Assembly: GCA_028713995.1 (NCBI GenBank)
Contig: JAQTNF010000007.1
Location: 1,740-65,739, forward strand
DNA: 64,000 nt
Direction of reading: 5' to 3'
DNA from: Deltaproteobacteria bacterium
GTDB taxonomy: Bacteria; Myxococcota_A; Polyangia; JAAYKL01
A model generated the notes under the pieces. That model searched no databases, was not told the DNA's origin, and worked only from the letters and a program-made list of their open reading frames with translations. The position numbers and the translations under genes were made by a program. Position 1 is the stretch's first letter, and the number at the start of each line of letters is the position of its first letter. Shown here in pieces: positions 18,231 through 28,149 of the stretch.

Positions 18231-20444
18231 ATGCTCGACCTCGTCCGTGATCTCAATGAACGTCAGCTCGAAGCCGCGAGGCACGTGGACGGGCCGCTGC
18301 TCGTCATCGCGGGCGCGGGCTCCGGAAAGACGCGCGTCATCACCTACCGCATCGCGAACCTGGTCATGAACCACGGCGTGCCGCCGCGCCGGATCATGGC
18401 CGTGACCTTCACCAACAAGGCCGCGGGCGAGATGAAGGAGCGCGTGGCGCGCCTGCTCGGGCAGGACGCCATCGATTGCTGGGTGTCCACGTTCCACGCG
18501 TCGTGCGCGCGGCTCCTGCGCATCCACGGCGAGCGCGTCGGCGTCAATCCGCGCTTCACCATCTACGACGACCAGGACCAGAAGGCCATGGTCGCGCGGT
18601 GCTTGAAGGAGCTCGACTTCGGCGACAAGATCTTCCCGCCGCGCGCCGTGCAGTCCGAGATCAACAAGGCGCGCCAGGAGCTCAAGGGACCGCAGGAGTA
18701 CGAGGCGCACGATTTCTACCGCGAGAAGGTGAGGCGCGCCTACGAGCTCTACGAGAAGCGCATGCGCGAGGCCTGCGCCCTCGACTTCGGCGACCTGCTT
18801 TACAGGCCCGTGCGCGCCATGCGCGACGATCCGGAGCTCGCCGCTGAGATTGCGGGCCGCTTCTCGTTCGTGCTCGTGGACGAGTTCCAGGACACGAACC
18901 TGGCCCAGCTCGAGCTCGTGCGCCTCCTCGGGCGGCCGCACCGCAACGTGTGCGTGGTGGGCGACGACGACCAGTCCATCTACAGCTGGCGCGGCGCGGA
19001 CGTGGGCAACATCCTCGACTTCGAGAAGCACTTCCCGGGCGCGCGCGTGGTCACCCTCGATCGCAACTACCGCTCCACCTCGCGCATTCTCAAGGCCGCG
19101 CACGGCGTGGTGAGCAAGCTCGCGGATCGCCGTCCCAAGGAGCTGTGGACGAAGAACCCCGACGGCGAACCGGTCACGCTGGTGGAGGCGCCGGACGAGC
19201 GCGAGGAGGCGCGGCTCGTGGCGCGGGCCGTGCAGGAGCTCGTCTCGGAGGGCACGCCGCTTTCGGAGCAGGCCGTGTTCTACCGCGTCAACGCCCAGTC
19301 GCGCGTGTTCGAGGAGGTCCTTCGCACCTACGACATCCCGCACCGCGTGGTGGGCGGAATGCGCTTCTACGAGCGCGCCGAGGTGAAGGACGTGCTCGCC
19401 TACCTGCGCCTCGTCCAGAACCCGGCCGACGCGGCCTCCTTCCTGCGCGTGGTCAACACGCCCTCGCGCGGCATCGGCAAGACCACCATCGACAGGCTCA
19501 TGGCCCTCGCGGCCGGCCGCGGGGTCTCGCCCGTGGACGCCATCGAGCTCGCGGCGGGTACGGACATCGGCTCGGCCCAGGTGAAGCGTCTCACCGAATG
19601 GAAGGGCCTCCTCGATGCGTGGCGGCTCGAGATCGATGCGGGCCCCGCGGCCCTCGCGCGCCGCATCCTCGAGGAGACGGGCTATGTGGAGGGCCTCACG
19701 CGTGAGAACAACGCCGAAGCGGACGCGCGCCTCGAAAACCTCGAGGAGCTCGTGGGCTCCATCGCGGACTTCGAGCGCGAGGCCGAGTCTCCCACGCTCG
19801 ATGCGTTCCTCGAGCTCGTCACCTTGCGCTCGGACGTGGACGAGACGCGCTTCGACGGCGAGGAGCTGACCCTCATGACCGTGCATTCGGCCAAGGGCCT
19901 CGAATTTGACGCGGTGTTCGTGACCGGGCTGGAGGAGGGCATGTTCCCGTACAGGTCCGCGGCCGATCGCGGGCTCGGCTCTGATCCGAAAGAGACGGCC
20001 GAGGAGCGCAGGCTCTGCTACGTGGCCATGACCCGCGCCCGCAAGAGGCTGTTCCTCACCCTGGCGAGCCGCCGCCAGATCTTCGGCAACACGCGCTGCG
20101 AGCCGCCGTCGAGGTTCCTCTCGGACATTCCGGCCGACATCCTGCTCGACGTGACGCCTCGCCCCAAGGTTGTTCCGGTGAGGGCCCCGGTGACGGGACG
20201 CGCACCGGGACAGGTGCCGGGACGCGTCGCGGCGGTCCCGCGGCATCGCGAGACGTGGGTCGACCGCAGCTTCGACCAGACCGCCGAATCCATGCCGGCG
20301 CTCGAGGGTCGCACGGTCCGTCACGCGCGTTTCGGCGTCGGAAAGGTCCTCGCCGTGCACGAGGGCGCCGTGCCCAAGGTCGACGTTTCGTTCCCCGGCT
20401 TCGGGAAGAAGACGATCCTCTTGAGCTACCTCGAGCTGGACTGA
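18231..20444 (+). CDS. uvrD: UvrD/PcrA-family ATP-dependent DNA helicase (superfamily 1)
   Basis: Walker A AGAGSGKT. Motif II DEFQDTN. Motif III VGDDDQSIYSWRGA. Motif V/VI (TVHSAKGLEFD, VAMTRAR). 737 aa. Confidence 0.9.
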   Translation: MLDLVRDLNERQLEAARHVDGPLLVIAGAGSGKTRVITYRIANLVMNHGVPPRRIMAVTFTNKAAGEMKERVARLLGQDAIDCWVSTFHASCARLLRIHGERVGVNPRFTIYDDQDQKAMVARCLKELDFGDKIFPPRAVQSEINKARQELKGPQEYEAHDFYREKVRRAYELYEKRMREACALDFGDLLYRPVRAMRDDPELAAEIAGRFSFVLVDEFQDTNLAQLELVRLLGRPHRNVCVVGDDDQSIYSWRGADVGNILDFEKHFPGARVVTLDRNYRSTSRILKAAHGVVSKLADRRPKELWTKNPDGEPVTLVEAPDEREEARLVARAVQELVSEGTPLSEQAVFYRVNAQSRVFEEVLRTYDIPHRVVGGMRFYERAEVKDVLAYLRLVQNPADAASFLRVVNTPSRGIGKTTIDRLMALAAGRGVSPVDAIELAAGTDIGSAQVKRLTEWKGLLDAWRLEIDAGPAALARRILEETGYVEGLTRENNAEADARLENLEELVGSIADFEREAESPTLDAFLELVTLRSDVDETRFDGEELTLMTVHSAKGLEFDAVFVTGLEEGMFPYRSAADRGLGSDPKETAEERRLCYVAMTRARKRLFLTLASRRQIFGNTRCEPPSRFLSDIPADILLDVTPRPKVVPVRAPVTGRAPGQVPGRVAAVPRHRETWVDRSFDQTAESMPALEGRTVRHARFGVGKVLAVHEGAVPKVDVSFPGFGKKTILLSYLELD

Positions 20445-22057
20445 GCCTTGACCCTGTCGAGCTCGCGCAGGATGGCCTCGCGGTCCGCGGGATCGGCCGA
20501 GTCGAGGAGCTCCTTCTCCATCTCGTCCGCCTTGTCGAACTCGTTGGCGCGCGCCATGATCACGATTGCGGCGATCCGAAGGGCGTCGCCCGACGTGCCT
20601 TCGAGGCGGGACGCGAACGCCAGGCAGGCGTTGGCCGCGCCGGCCGGCCACCTGTAGGTGTGGGCCGGCAGGTACAAGGTGAAGTACGCGTCTATCTGGT
20701 GCTGTCGCCAACCGGGCACGTAGGGCCTCGCGCCGAGGAGCATGACGGCGACCTGTTGGTGCTGGAGGGGATCCTCGGAGTCGGCCTTGAGATCCGCCAC
20801 CGACCGCACCTTGCGGGTGGGGGAGAGGTATCGCTGTGCGCCGGCAAATCGCGTGCGGTAGGCGCCGAGGGGGCGCACGTGATCGAAGAGCACCACCGTG
20901 TCCGCGGAGGTCATCTGCTCGATGGCCCGCGCGGCCGCCGCCCAGTCCGCTCGGGTCGTCGTGGTCAGGTTGTGCGCGAGGTCCGTCCCAGATGAGACCA
21001 AGAAGACCGCAATCGCGACGCCCGCGGCAACGGGAAGGATCCTCCCGCCCGACGCCCACAGATCGCCGGCCCGCCGGCCGGCGAGCCCGATGACGAACGC
21101 GAGCGGAGGGAGGAAGAAGAACGAGTAGCGCGGGTAGTAGGGCTGATCGGCCGGGGTGCTGAGGAAGAAGAGGGTCGCGAAGCCGAGCGGACAAGCGAAG
21201 AGCGCCCACCACCACCAGGGCGCGGTCGGGTCGCGTCCCGGGCCTTTGCGGGCGAGGACGAACGCGAGCGCGGCGAGCGCGACCGGCCAGCAGGGGATCG
21301 ATTGCCCGAGGATCGGCGCGAGCTCGGTCGCGAACCGGCCGAGACCGCGGAACTGGATGAATCCTTCGGCGGCGTACCGCGACAGCTGGTGTCGCGCGAT
21401 GACGGCGAACGGCAGGCTGACGAGGAGGATGCCCGCCGCGGCCGTCCCGATCGGGATGGCGGATCGGCTCCTCGCCCAGCGAGCCCATTCGGAACGGGCT
21501 TTCGGAACCAGGATCAGGATGGCCGCGGCGAGGAAGATGGGGGGCTCGAGAGCGCGAGAGAACGGGAGCGCGAGACCCGACGCAACGGACAGCGCGGCGG
21601 CCGTGCGCTTTTGGTCGCGCAGCCAGACGTCGGTCGAGGCCGCGAACGCCAGCATGAGGAACATGGGCAACGCGTACGGGCGTGCGTAGGCCGTGTACTC
21701 GGCGAAGGTCGGCGATACGGCGAGCACGAGGACCGGGAGAAAGGCCATGTGTCCGAGCCCCGCGCGCAGGCAGAGCAGGCCCATAAGGATGAGGCTTCCG
21801 ACGCCGAACGCCGCGGACAGGGCGCGTTGCCTCGCGTCGCCTTGTCCGACCACGCGCTCGAACAGGGCATTCAAGAGCGGATCCAAAGGTGGTTGCTGTT
21901 GGACGAGCGACGTGTAGGACGTGCGGTGAAGATGACGGCTGTAAGAGCTCACCTGCAAGAGCTCGTCTATATGGTACGGCTCGTCGAAGACGGCCGCGAC
22001 GATCACGATCGTCCCCAGGATCACGGCCGCCGCCACAAGCCAGACTTCCTTTCTCAC
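20426..22057 (-). CDS. PMT/ArnT-like GT-C membrane glycosyltransferase (GT39-like) with soluble C-terminal domain
   Basis: VFDEPYHIDEL matches the PMT loop-1 FDEVHF motif. About 11 TM helices. GTG start overlapping (GTGA) the stop of the upstream oxidoreductase, with an AGGGAG RBS. The ORF track over-extends the 5' end to 22669. Confidence 0.6.
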   Translation of the reverse strand: MRKEVWLVAAAVILGTIVIVAAVFDEPYHIDELLQVSSYSRHLHRTSYTSLVQQQPPLDPLLNALFERVVGQGDARQRALSAAFGVGSLILMGLLCLRAGLGHMAFLPVLVLAVSPTFAEYTAYARPYALPMFLMLAFAASTDVWLRDQKRTAAALSVASGLALPFSRALEPPIFLAAAILILVPKARSEWARWARSRSAIPIGTAAAGILLVSLPFAVIARHQLSRYAAEGFIQFRGLGRFATELAPILGQSIPCWPVALAALAFVLARKGPGRDPTAPWWWWALFACPLGFATLFFLSTPADQPYYPRYSFFFLPPLAFVIGLAGRRAGDLWASGGRILPVAAGVAIAVFLVSSGTDLAHNLTTTTRADWAAAARAIEQMTSADTVVLFDHVRPLGAYRTRFAGAQRYLSPTRKVRSVADLKADSEDPLQHQQVAVMLLGARPYVPGWRQHQIDAYFTLYLPAHTYRWPAGAANACLAFASRLEGTSGDALRIAAIVIMARANEFDKADEMEKELLDSADPADREAILRELDRVKAQSSSR

Positions 22058-23271
22058 GCCGGCTCCCTGCCGATTCTCTCGAGCACGGCGGACGCGACGG
22101 TCCGTCCGATGCTGATCGATGCGGTGGCGGCCGGCGACGGAGCGTTCAAGACATGGACCATGCGGTCGGCGTGGACGATGCGGAAGTCGTCGCTGAGCGC
22201 TCCGTTGCGCTCCAGCGCCTGGGCGCGCACGCCCGCGCCACCTTGCCGCACGTCGCGGACGTCGAGCTCGGGCACGAGCCTTTGCAGCGCCCGCACGAAC
22301 GCCCGCTTCGACAGTGAGCGCAGCGCCTCGCCGAGCCCCATGCGCCAGTGGCGCGCGGCCATGCGCCAGAAGCCGGGGTAGAGCACGAATTCGAGAACGT
22401 CCCCGGCCGAGAAGCTCCACTTGCGGTAGCCGTGGCGCTTCAAGGCGAGCACCGCGTTCGGCCCCGCCTCGAGCCCGCCGCGGATCATGCGCGTGAAATG
22501 AACCCCGAGGAACGGGAAGGCCGGATCCGGAACCGGGTAGACCAGGTTCCGCACCAGTTGCGCCCGCTCCGGCACGACCTCGTAGTACTCGCCGCGGAAC
22601 GGCACGATGCGAAGCCCCGGATCGACGCCCGCGAGCCTCGCCACGCGATCGGACTGAAGGCCCGCGCAATTGACCAGGAACCCGCAGCGCACCTCGCCCC
22701 TCGAGGTCTCAAGCACCATGCCGCCCTCTTCCCGGACGACGCCCTTGAGCCGGGTCGACAGGCGCACCTCCCCGCCGGCCTCGCGCACGCGCTTCGCGAA
22801 CGCCTCCGTGACCGAGCAATAATCGACGATGCCGGTCTCGGGCACGTGCAGGCCCGCGATCCCGGACACGTGCGGCTCGAGCTCGCGGATCTCCTCGGGC
22901 CCGATCCGGCGCAGGCCGGAAAGGCCGTTGAGGCGGCCGCGCTGCTCGAGCTGGTCGAGGGCCGTGAGCTCGGAGGGGCTGGTCGCGACCACGAGCTTGC
23001 CGCAGCGCTCGAAAGCGATGCCGTGCTCCGCGCAGAAGCGGTAGAGGCTATCGCGCCCCTCGGCGCAGTTCTTCGCCTTGAGCGAGCCCGGCTTGTAGTA
23101 GAGCCCGGAGTGGATCACGCCGCTGTTGTTGCCGGTCTGGTGGGCCGCGAGGCGATCCTCGGCCTCGAGGACGACGACCGAGAGCCCGGGGCTTCGCACG
23201 AGCGCCATGGCCGTGGCCACGCCCACGATTCCGCCGCCGATCACCGCCACGTCGAAAGTGTTGCTTTCCAT
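22054..23271 (-). CDS. FAD-dependent oxidoreductase, L-2-hydroxyglutarate oxidase (LhgO)-like
   Basis: N-terminal dinucleotide-binding fold (DVAVIGGGIVG). Roughly 400 aa, the DAO/LhgO family size. Start set at MESNTFD. Confidence 0.7.
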   Translation of the reverse strand: MESNTFDVAVIGGGIVGVATAMALVRSPGLSVVVLEAEDRLAAHQTGNNSGVIHSGLYYKPGSLKAKNCAEGRDSLYRFCAEHGIAFERCGKLVVATSPSELTALDQLEQRGRLNGLSGLRRIGPEEIRELEPHVSGIAGLHVPETGIVDYCSVTEAFAKRVREAGGEVRLSTRLKGVVREEGGMVLETSRGEVRCGFLVNCAGLQSDRVARLAGVDPGLRIVPFRGEYYEVVPERAQLVRNLVYPVPDPAFPFLGVHFTRMIRGGLEAGPNAVLALKRHGYRKWSFSAGDVLEFVLYPGFWRMAARHWRMGLGEALRSLSKRAFVRALQRLVPELDVRDVRQGGAGVRAQALERNGALSDDFRIVHADRMVHVLNAPSPAATASISIGRTVASAVLERIGREPA

Positions 23272-23395
23272 CCTTCCGGAAGGGGATCCTGCCATGGCGA
23301 CATTATTCGACATCGGGGTGGGCAAGGTCAATCGGGCAGCAGGGATCGGGGCAGTCTATGTGGCGGGGCTTGACCCCATCTCCCGTCGGACAGCA

Positions 23396-24715
23396 TTACC
23401 CGTCCATCCCGACCTTGCGCCTGCGCTCGCGCATGTGGGGATCGGACGTGTCCGGCTCGAGCTTCAGGACGACCTCGTCGCCCTTGAGCGGCCTGTAGAA
23501 CTCGCGCCACAGGGTGCAAAACATGGCCTCGAGCTCCTCGGGGGAGAGGCGCAAGGGGCGGGCGACCACGTGCGCGCCGTTGTACTTCGCCCAGCGACGG
23601 TGCAGGAGCCGGCCCTGGCGCGCGAGCCTGTCGAAGTGCAAAGAGCCCGGGTAGGGCGTGAAGATGAAGAACTCGGCCGTGCGGATGCGCGCCTCGCGGC
23701 ACAGCTCGAGGATGGAGTCCGTAAGCGCGGGATCATCCCAGTCGCGGCCGATGCCGAACGACGCGAAGAACCCGATGCCGCGGTCCTCGAGCATGCGCAC
23801 CAGATCCGCCACCTCTCGGCGCAGATCCTCATCGCCCCCAAGAGCGCGGATGGACTTGGGGTCCACGTTGAGCGTGCAATAGAAGGTGGTCGCGCCGGCG
23901 CGCGCGAGGAGGTCGAGGAACGAAGGGTCCGTGTTGAGCGCCATGGTGGACGACACGAAGAGCTTCTTGCGCAGCGGCGCGAGCGCCTCGAGCAGCTCCT
24001 TCGACCACGCCTCGAGCCGGCGGCTCGGGAAGAACAGCATGTCGTCGGCCAGGTACACGTTCTCGTGGCGCAGGCCCCGGATCTCCTCGACGATCCTGTC
24101 GATGGGGCGCAGCCGGATGCGGTGCCCCATGTGCGTCGGGATGGCGCACATCCCGCAGTTGTAGGTGCAGCCCCGCGAGAGCTGGACCAGATCCTCGTGC
24201 CAGTCGTAGCCCTGCTTGTTGTAAAAGATCTCGCGCCGCGGGATCGGCATCTTCGCCAGATCGAGGCTCGTGCCGCCATGGTAAGTCGGCTTCAACGCTC
24301 CGCGGCGTGCATCGTCGAGGATGGCCGCCCACGTGGGCTCTCCTTCGCCGACGTTCACCGCATCCGCGTGCACGAGGCACTCGTCCGGCATCGTCGACGG
24401 GAAGAAGCCGCCCATCACGACCTTCTTCCCGGCGGCCCGGTAGCCGTCCGCGAGCTCGAAGGCGCGCGTGGCCTGGGGCGTGAAGCAGTTGACGGCCACG
24501 AGGTCGGTCTTCGCCCCGAAGTCGACCGGGTCGCCGCGGTTGTCGTCGACGAGCTCCACCTCCACGTCCTTCGGCGTGAGCGCGGCCAGGATGGGGATGC
24601 CGAGAGAGGGCGGCGTGGTGAAGTTGCCGAGGAAGTGGTCGACGAGCTCGCGATCGAGATCCGGAATGCTCTCCAGGAACTTTTTGAACCTGGGGTAGAC
24701 GAACGTGACCTTCAT
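23396..24715 (-). CDS. B12-binding-domain radical SAM protein
   Basis: N-terminal cobalamin-binding Rossmann region. CTYNCGMC (CxxxCxxC) radical-SAM motif. Confidence 0.8.
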   Translation of the reverse strand: MKVTFVYPRFKKFLESIPDLDRELVDHFLGNFTTPPSLGIPILAALTPKDVEVELVDDNRGDPVDFGAKTDLVAVNCFTPQATRAFELADGYRAAGKKVVMGGFFPSTMPDECLVHADAVNVGEGEPTWAAILDDARRGALKPTYHGGTSLDLAKMPIPRREIFYNKQGYDWHEDLVQLSRGCTYNCGMCAIPTHMGHRIRLRPIDRIVEEIRGLRHENVYLADDMLFFPSRRLEAWSKELLEALAPLRKKLFVSSTMALNTDPSFLDLLARAGATTFYCTLNVDPKSIRALGGDEDLRREVADLVRMLEDRGIGFFASFGIGRDWDDPALTDSILELCREARIRTAEFFIFTPYPGSLHFDRLARQGRLLHRRWAKYNGAHVVARPLRLSPEELEAMFCTLWREFYRPLKGDEVVLKLEPDTSDPHMRERRRKVGMDG

Positions 24716-24716
24716 G

Positions 24717-26672
24717 CTAGCCGCCGCGGTTCTCCTCGTCGAGGCGGCGCAGGCCCTCGAGCAGCAGCATCTCGGCGGTCATATTGATGACCCGATCGCC
24801 GGCCTTGAAGTCGGGCGCGAGCCTGAACGTGCCGTCGCGGAACTTGAGCATGGCGAAGAAGGCCTCCTCGCCGCACAGGTTCTCGAAGAACGCGTTGTAG
24901 ATGTCGCCGTTCACGAAATGGATCTCGCCGCGCTTGTTCTCCATGACGAGCTTGAGCTGGCCGGTCTTGCGGCCGTGGGCCAGGATCTGCACCAGATCGG
25001 GCAGCGACATCTCGCGCAGGGATCCGGCCACGCCGCCCGCGGCGGTCGCGGTCTGCGCCTGCTCCAGGATGCGGTTGATCTTGCCCACCACGATGTCGAC
25101 CGGGGAGGGCTTGACGACGTAGTCGAGCGCGCCCAGGCCGAAGCCCTTGTCCACGTCGCCCGCGGCGGTGCGCGCCGTGAAGTAGATGAACGGGATGCCC
25201 TTGGTCTTGGGATCGGCGTCCAGCTTCTTCTTGAGCTCGAAGCCGTCCACGGGTTGCAGCTCCACCTCGGACAGGATGAGGTGCACCGGCGACTCGTAGA
25301 TGGCCTTGATGGCCGCGTCGGACGTGGTCGCGGTGCGCACCTTGAACCCGCGCGAGGTGAGCTGCAGGTCGAGGATCGCGCACTGCTCCGGATCCGCGTC
25401 GACCACGAGCACGGTCTGGGCGCCGGTCAGGAGCTGGCGCTTCAGGTCCTCGCCGGCCACCACGGCGCCGAACAGGTCGACCAGGTTCTCGTCGAAGATC
25501 TTTCCCCTTGCGGCCTTGAGCACGTTCATGGCGTCGGTCGTGGTGAGGATGCGCCGGTAGGGATTGCGCGCGTTCATGGTGAGGTCGCTGAACGTGTCGG
25601 CCATGGCCAGGATGCGCGCCCCGAGCGGGATCTCCTTGCCGCGTAAGCCCTCGGGGAAGCCCTGTCCGTCGGCGCGCTCGTACATGTGGCGCAGCGCGGC
25701 GAGCGTCTCGGTCGGCAGGGAGACCGACTCGAACAGCCGGACCGGCGTCTCGAAGCGCTTCTCGGCCGTGGTGCGGTGTCCATCCCACTCTGCCACGTTG
25801 AAGGGCGTCAGGTGGTAGGGGCTGCCCTTGCCGATGTCGTGCAGCAGCGCCGCCATGGTGTTGGCCGCGGTCTCGCGCGCCGACAGACCGATGCGCTGGC
25901 ACATCTTCTCCGCATGGCGTCCGGTCAGCACCGAATGGCCGGCCAGATCGCCGCGGCTCGTCTCGAGCAGGGAGACCATGACCTTGAGCACCTCGACGAT
26001 GGTCGCGCCTCCGGCCGCGGCCCCTGCGGCCGTGGTGCCCGTGGGCTGGCGCGTCGAGTTCTTCTCCATTTCCTCGGCCGAGATGTAGCGCTCCGCGCTG
26101 CTGGTGGTGACCAGGGCCGCGGCCATCTGCGCTTCGTCGAGCAGGTTGCGCTCGTAGACGTCCATCATGGTGTGGAACTGCAGGAAGCTGTCCTTGTCGA
26201 GCCCCGCGAAGGCGTGGATGTCGCCCTTGTAGAACTTCTGGATGGCCGCCTTGATCGCGGCCGGGCGCGCCACGTAGAAGCGGACCTTCGCCACCTTGCC
26301 CGCGATGCAGATCTCGCGTTCGATTTCCAGGTTGGCCGGGTCCGCGGTCACGACCGACAGCATGTTCTCACGCTCGTCGAAGAGGATCGGGAAGACCTGG
26401 TGCTTCACCGCGAGGTTGAGCGGTATGCGATCCAGGATCTGCTTGCCGATGTCGGCCTTGCGCAGCTTGTCCGCGGTCACGAAGCGGGTCCGGCTCCATT
26501 GGGCGATCTGCTTGAGCAGGGTGGCCTCGTCGATGGCCAGGGACTCGATGAGCGCCTCTTCGATCGAGCCGCCGTAGTTCTGCAGGTGGTGCAAGGCGGC
26601 CTGGTACTTCTCCCGGGTGATGACGCCCGCGGCGAGAAGCTTGTCGGCCAGCTCTGTCAGAGATTTCGGCAT
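24717..26672 (-). CDS. Composite signalling protein: MshEN (T2SS-E N-terminal) domain - HD-GYP phosphodiesterase - receiver (REC) - DUF4388
   Basis: N-terminal GSPII_E-N-like helices. HD-GYP segment (HDIGK ... GQGFPEGLRGKEIPLGARILAMADTFSDLT). REC with the conserved acidic pocket (LVVDAD ... D ... K). C-terminal DUF4388 (LPDLVQILAHGRKTGQLKL ... GEIHFVNGDI). Confidence 0.7.
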   Translation of the reverse strand: MPKSLTELADKLLAAGVITREKYQAALHHLQNYGGSIEEALIESLAIDEATLLKQIAQWSRTRFVTADKLRKADIGKQILDRIPLNLAVKHQVFPILFDERENMLSVVTADPANLEIEREICIAGKVAKVRFYVARPAAIKAAIQKFYKGDIHAFAGLDKDSFLQFHTMMDVYERNLLDEAQMAAALVTTSSAERYISAEEMEKNSTRQPTGTTAAGAAAGGATIVEVLKVMVSLLETSRGDLAGHSVLTGRHAEKMCQRIGLSARETAANTMAALLHDIGKGSPYHLTPFNVAEWDGHRTTAEKRFETPVRLFESVSLPTETLAALRHMYERADGQGFPEGLRGKEIPLGARILAMADTFSDLTMNARNPYRRILTTTDAMNVLKAARGKIFDENLVDLFGAVVAGEDLKRQLLTGAQTVLVVDADPEQCAILDLQLTSRGFKVRTATTSDAAIKAIYESPVHLILSEVELQPVDGFELKKKLDADPKTKGIPFIYFTARTAAGDVDKGFGLGALDYVVKPSPVDIVVGKINRILEQAQTATAAGGVAGSLREMSLPDLVQILAHGRKTGQLKLVMENKRGEIHFVNGDIYNAFFENLCGEEAFFAMLKFRDGTFRLAPDFKAGDRVINMTAEMLLLEGLRRLDEENRGG

Positions 26673-26762
26673 CCCACCTGTTCCCGCGGACCCTCGGACG
26701 GTTCCTTCCCAATGGTTAAAAACCTATTTTAGCCGAACGACGACGAAAAGCAAAAGCCGGCT

Positions 26763-27689
26763 TCAAAGGATGGGGCGTAGCGGCACGGGCATGAAGACGA
26801 GCGCGAAGAGGAGCACGCACGTCCAGCCGATCGCCCTGTGCCGCGGCGAGAGCACCTCGTCGTCCGTGGGCGGATGCGAAAGGCCCCGCTTGCTCACCGC
26901 GCCGAAGACGAGCAGGAGCGCCCCCATCACGAGCCAGTTCGAGCCGGGCAGCACGTACATCCACGCGTCGGCGCGCGGGGACGCCGCGTGCAGGTAGTCC
27001 CAGGCGCCCCTGCCCGCGGTGCAAAGCCCCAGCAGCACGAGCCCCGCGTGGGCGAGGCGCGAGATGCGGGCGTGGGACTTGCCCCACAGGGCGTACGCGA
27101 TGTGGCCGCCGTCGAGCTGGCCGACCGGAATCAGGTTGACCATGGTCACGAGCAGGCCGATCCAGCCGGCCCAGGCGAGCGGGTGCAGCACCACGTCGTG
27201 GCCCGCGGGGATGGGACCGACCGCGACGCGCTTGAGGAACATGTAGAGCAGCGACTGACCTTCCATCATGCCGCCGGCCTGCATCGGCTCGACCGGCGAG
27301 AGGCGAAGCCCCGCGAGCAGCACCGGCAGGGCCACGGCCACACCCGCCAGCGGTCCGGCCGCTCCGATCTCCATGAGCGCGTCGCGCGAGCGGATGCGGC
27401 CGCGCATGACGATGACCGCGCCCAGGGTGCCGAACAGGGAAACGGGGAATGGAATGAAGTACGGCAACGACACGTCGACCCGGTTGCGCCGCGCCATCAC
27501 GTAGTGGCCGGCTTCGTGGCAGGCCAGGATGGCCATGAGCGCACCCATGTGCATGAGACCATTGCGGACGGCCTCGCCCCACGTCGACGCGGCGGAGTAC
27601 GCGCCGCCCGCGAAGAACGTGGAGAGAAGCGTGAGCGCGAACAGGACCGCGTGGAGCGCGGGGTTGCGCCTCCGTACGGGCTCAGCCAC
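26763..27689 (-). CDS. Site-2 protease family (M50) membrane metalloprotease
   Basis: HEAGHYVMA (HExxH) inside a TM helix. Multiple TM helices. LDGG motif (GQLDGGH). Confidence 0.8.
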   Translation of the reverse strand: MAEPVRRRNPALHAVLFALTLLSTFFAGGAYSAASTWGEAVRNGLMHMGALMAILACHEAGHYVMARRNRVDVSLPYFIPFPVSLFGTLGAVIVMRGRIRSRDALMEIGAAGPLAGVAVALPVLLAGLRLSPVEPMQAGGMMEGQSLLYMFLKRVAVGPIPAGHDVVLHPLAWAGWIGLLVTMVNLIPVGQLDGGHIAYALWGKSHARISRLAHAGLVLLGLCTAGRGAWDYLHAASPRADAWMYVLPGSNWLVMGALLLVFGAVSKRGLSHPPTDDEVLSPRHRAIGWTCVLLFALVFMPVPLRPIL

Positions 27690-28149
27690 GGTCGCCGCCC
27701 ATCATGGCCTTGCGAAGCGCCGCGAGCGCGCCGTCGAGGGTGGCTCGCACCTCCACGCTCCCCACCGTCACCTTGCAGCCGGCCGGCCCCACGGACGGAT
27801 CCTCGGCCACGCGCACGCCGCGCGCGGCGGCCATGGCGTCGACGTCCGAGCGCGCCCGGTCCCCGGGGTGCACGTGGATGACGAGGGATCCCGCGTCGCC
27901 CGCGGCAGCGAGCGCCTGCCCGTAGATGCCGTCTAGCGTTGATGGGTCGAGCTCCACCGCTTGCCCCACGATGCGCCGCGCGCACAAGAGAGCCAGATCC
28001 ACCACATCGCCGCGCAGCTCGTCCTCGATCCGGGCGCGCATACGGATGAGCGACGCGGAATGTGCGAGGGCGTCCGCGGCCGGATCGCCGCCCTCGAGCG
28101 CCGTTTTGCCCGAAGCTGTCTCAGGGGTTTTCTTGATCACCCGGCCCAT
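27682..28149 (-). CDS. FliH/SctL-family-like protein (stator-type protein of T3SS / rotary ATPases), orphan
   Basis: C-terminal pattern LDPSTLDGIYGQAL ... LVIHVHPGDRARSDVD ... DPSVGPAGCKVTVGSVEVRATLDGAL matches the FliH/SctL C-domain consensus. RBS GAGGAGG. Overlaps both neighbouring genes. Confidence 0.45.
   Translation of the reverse strand: MGRVIKKTPETASGKTALEGGDPAADALAHSASLIRMRARIEDELRGDVVDLALLCARRIVGQAVELDPSTLDGIYGQALAAAGDAGSLVIHVHPGDRARSDVDAMAAARGVRVAEDPSVGPAGCKVTVGSVEVRATLDGALAALRKAMMGGDRG

Noticed and set aside
18177-21488. 1103-aa minus-strand ORF spanning the uvrD locus
   Set aside because: Antisense to the canonical UvrD/PcrA helicase; Arg-rich low complexity.
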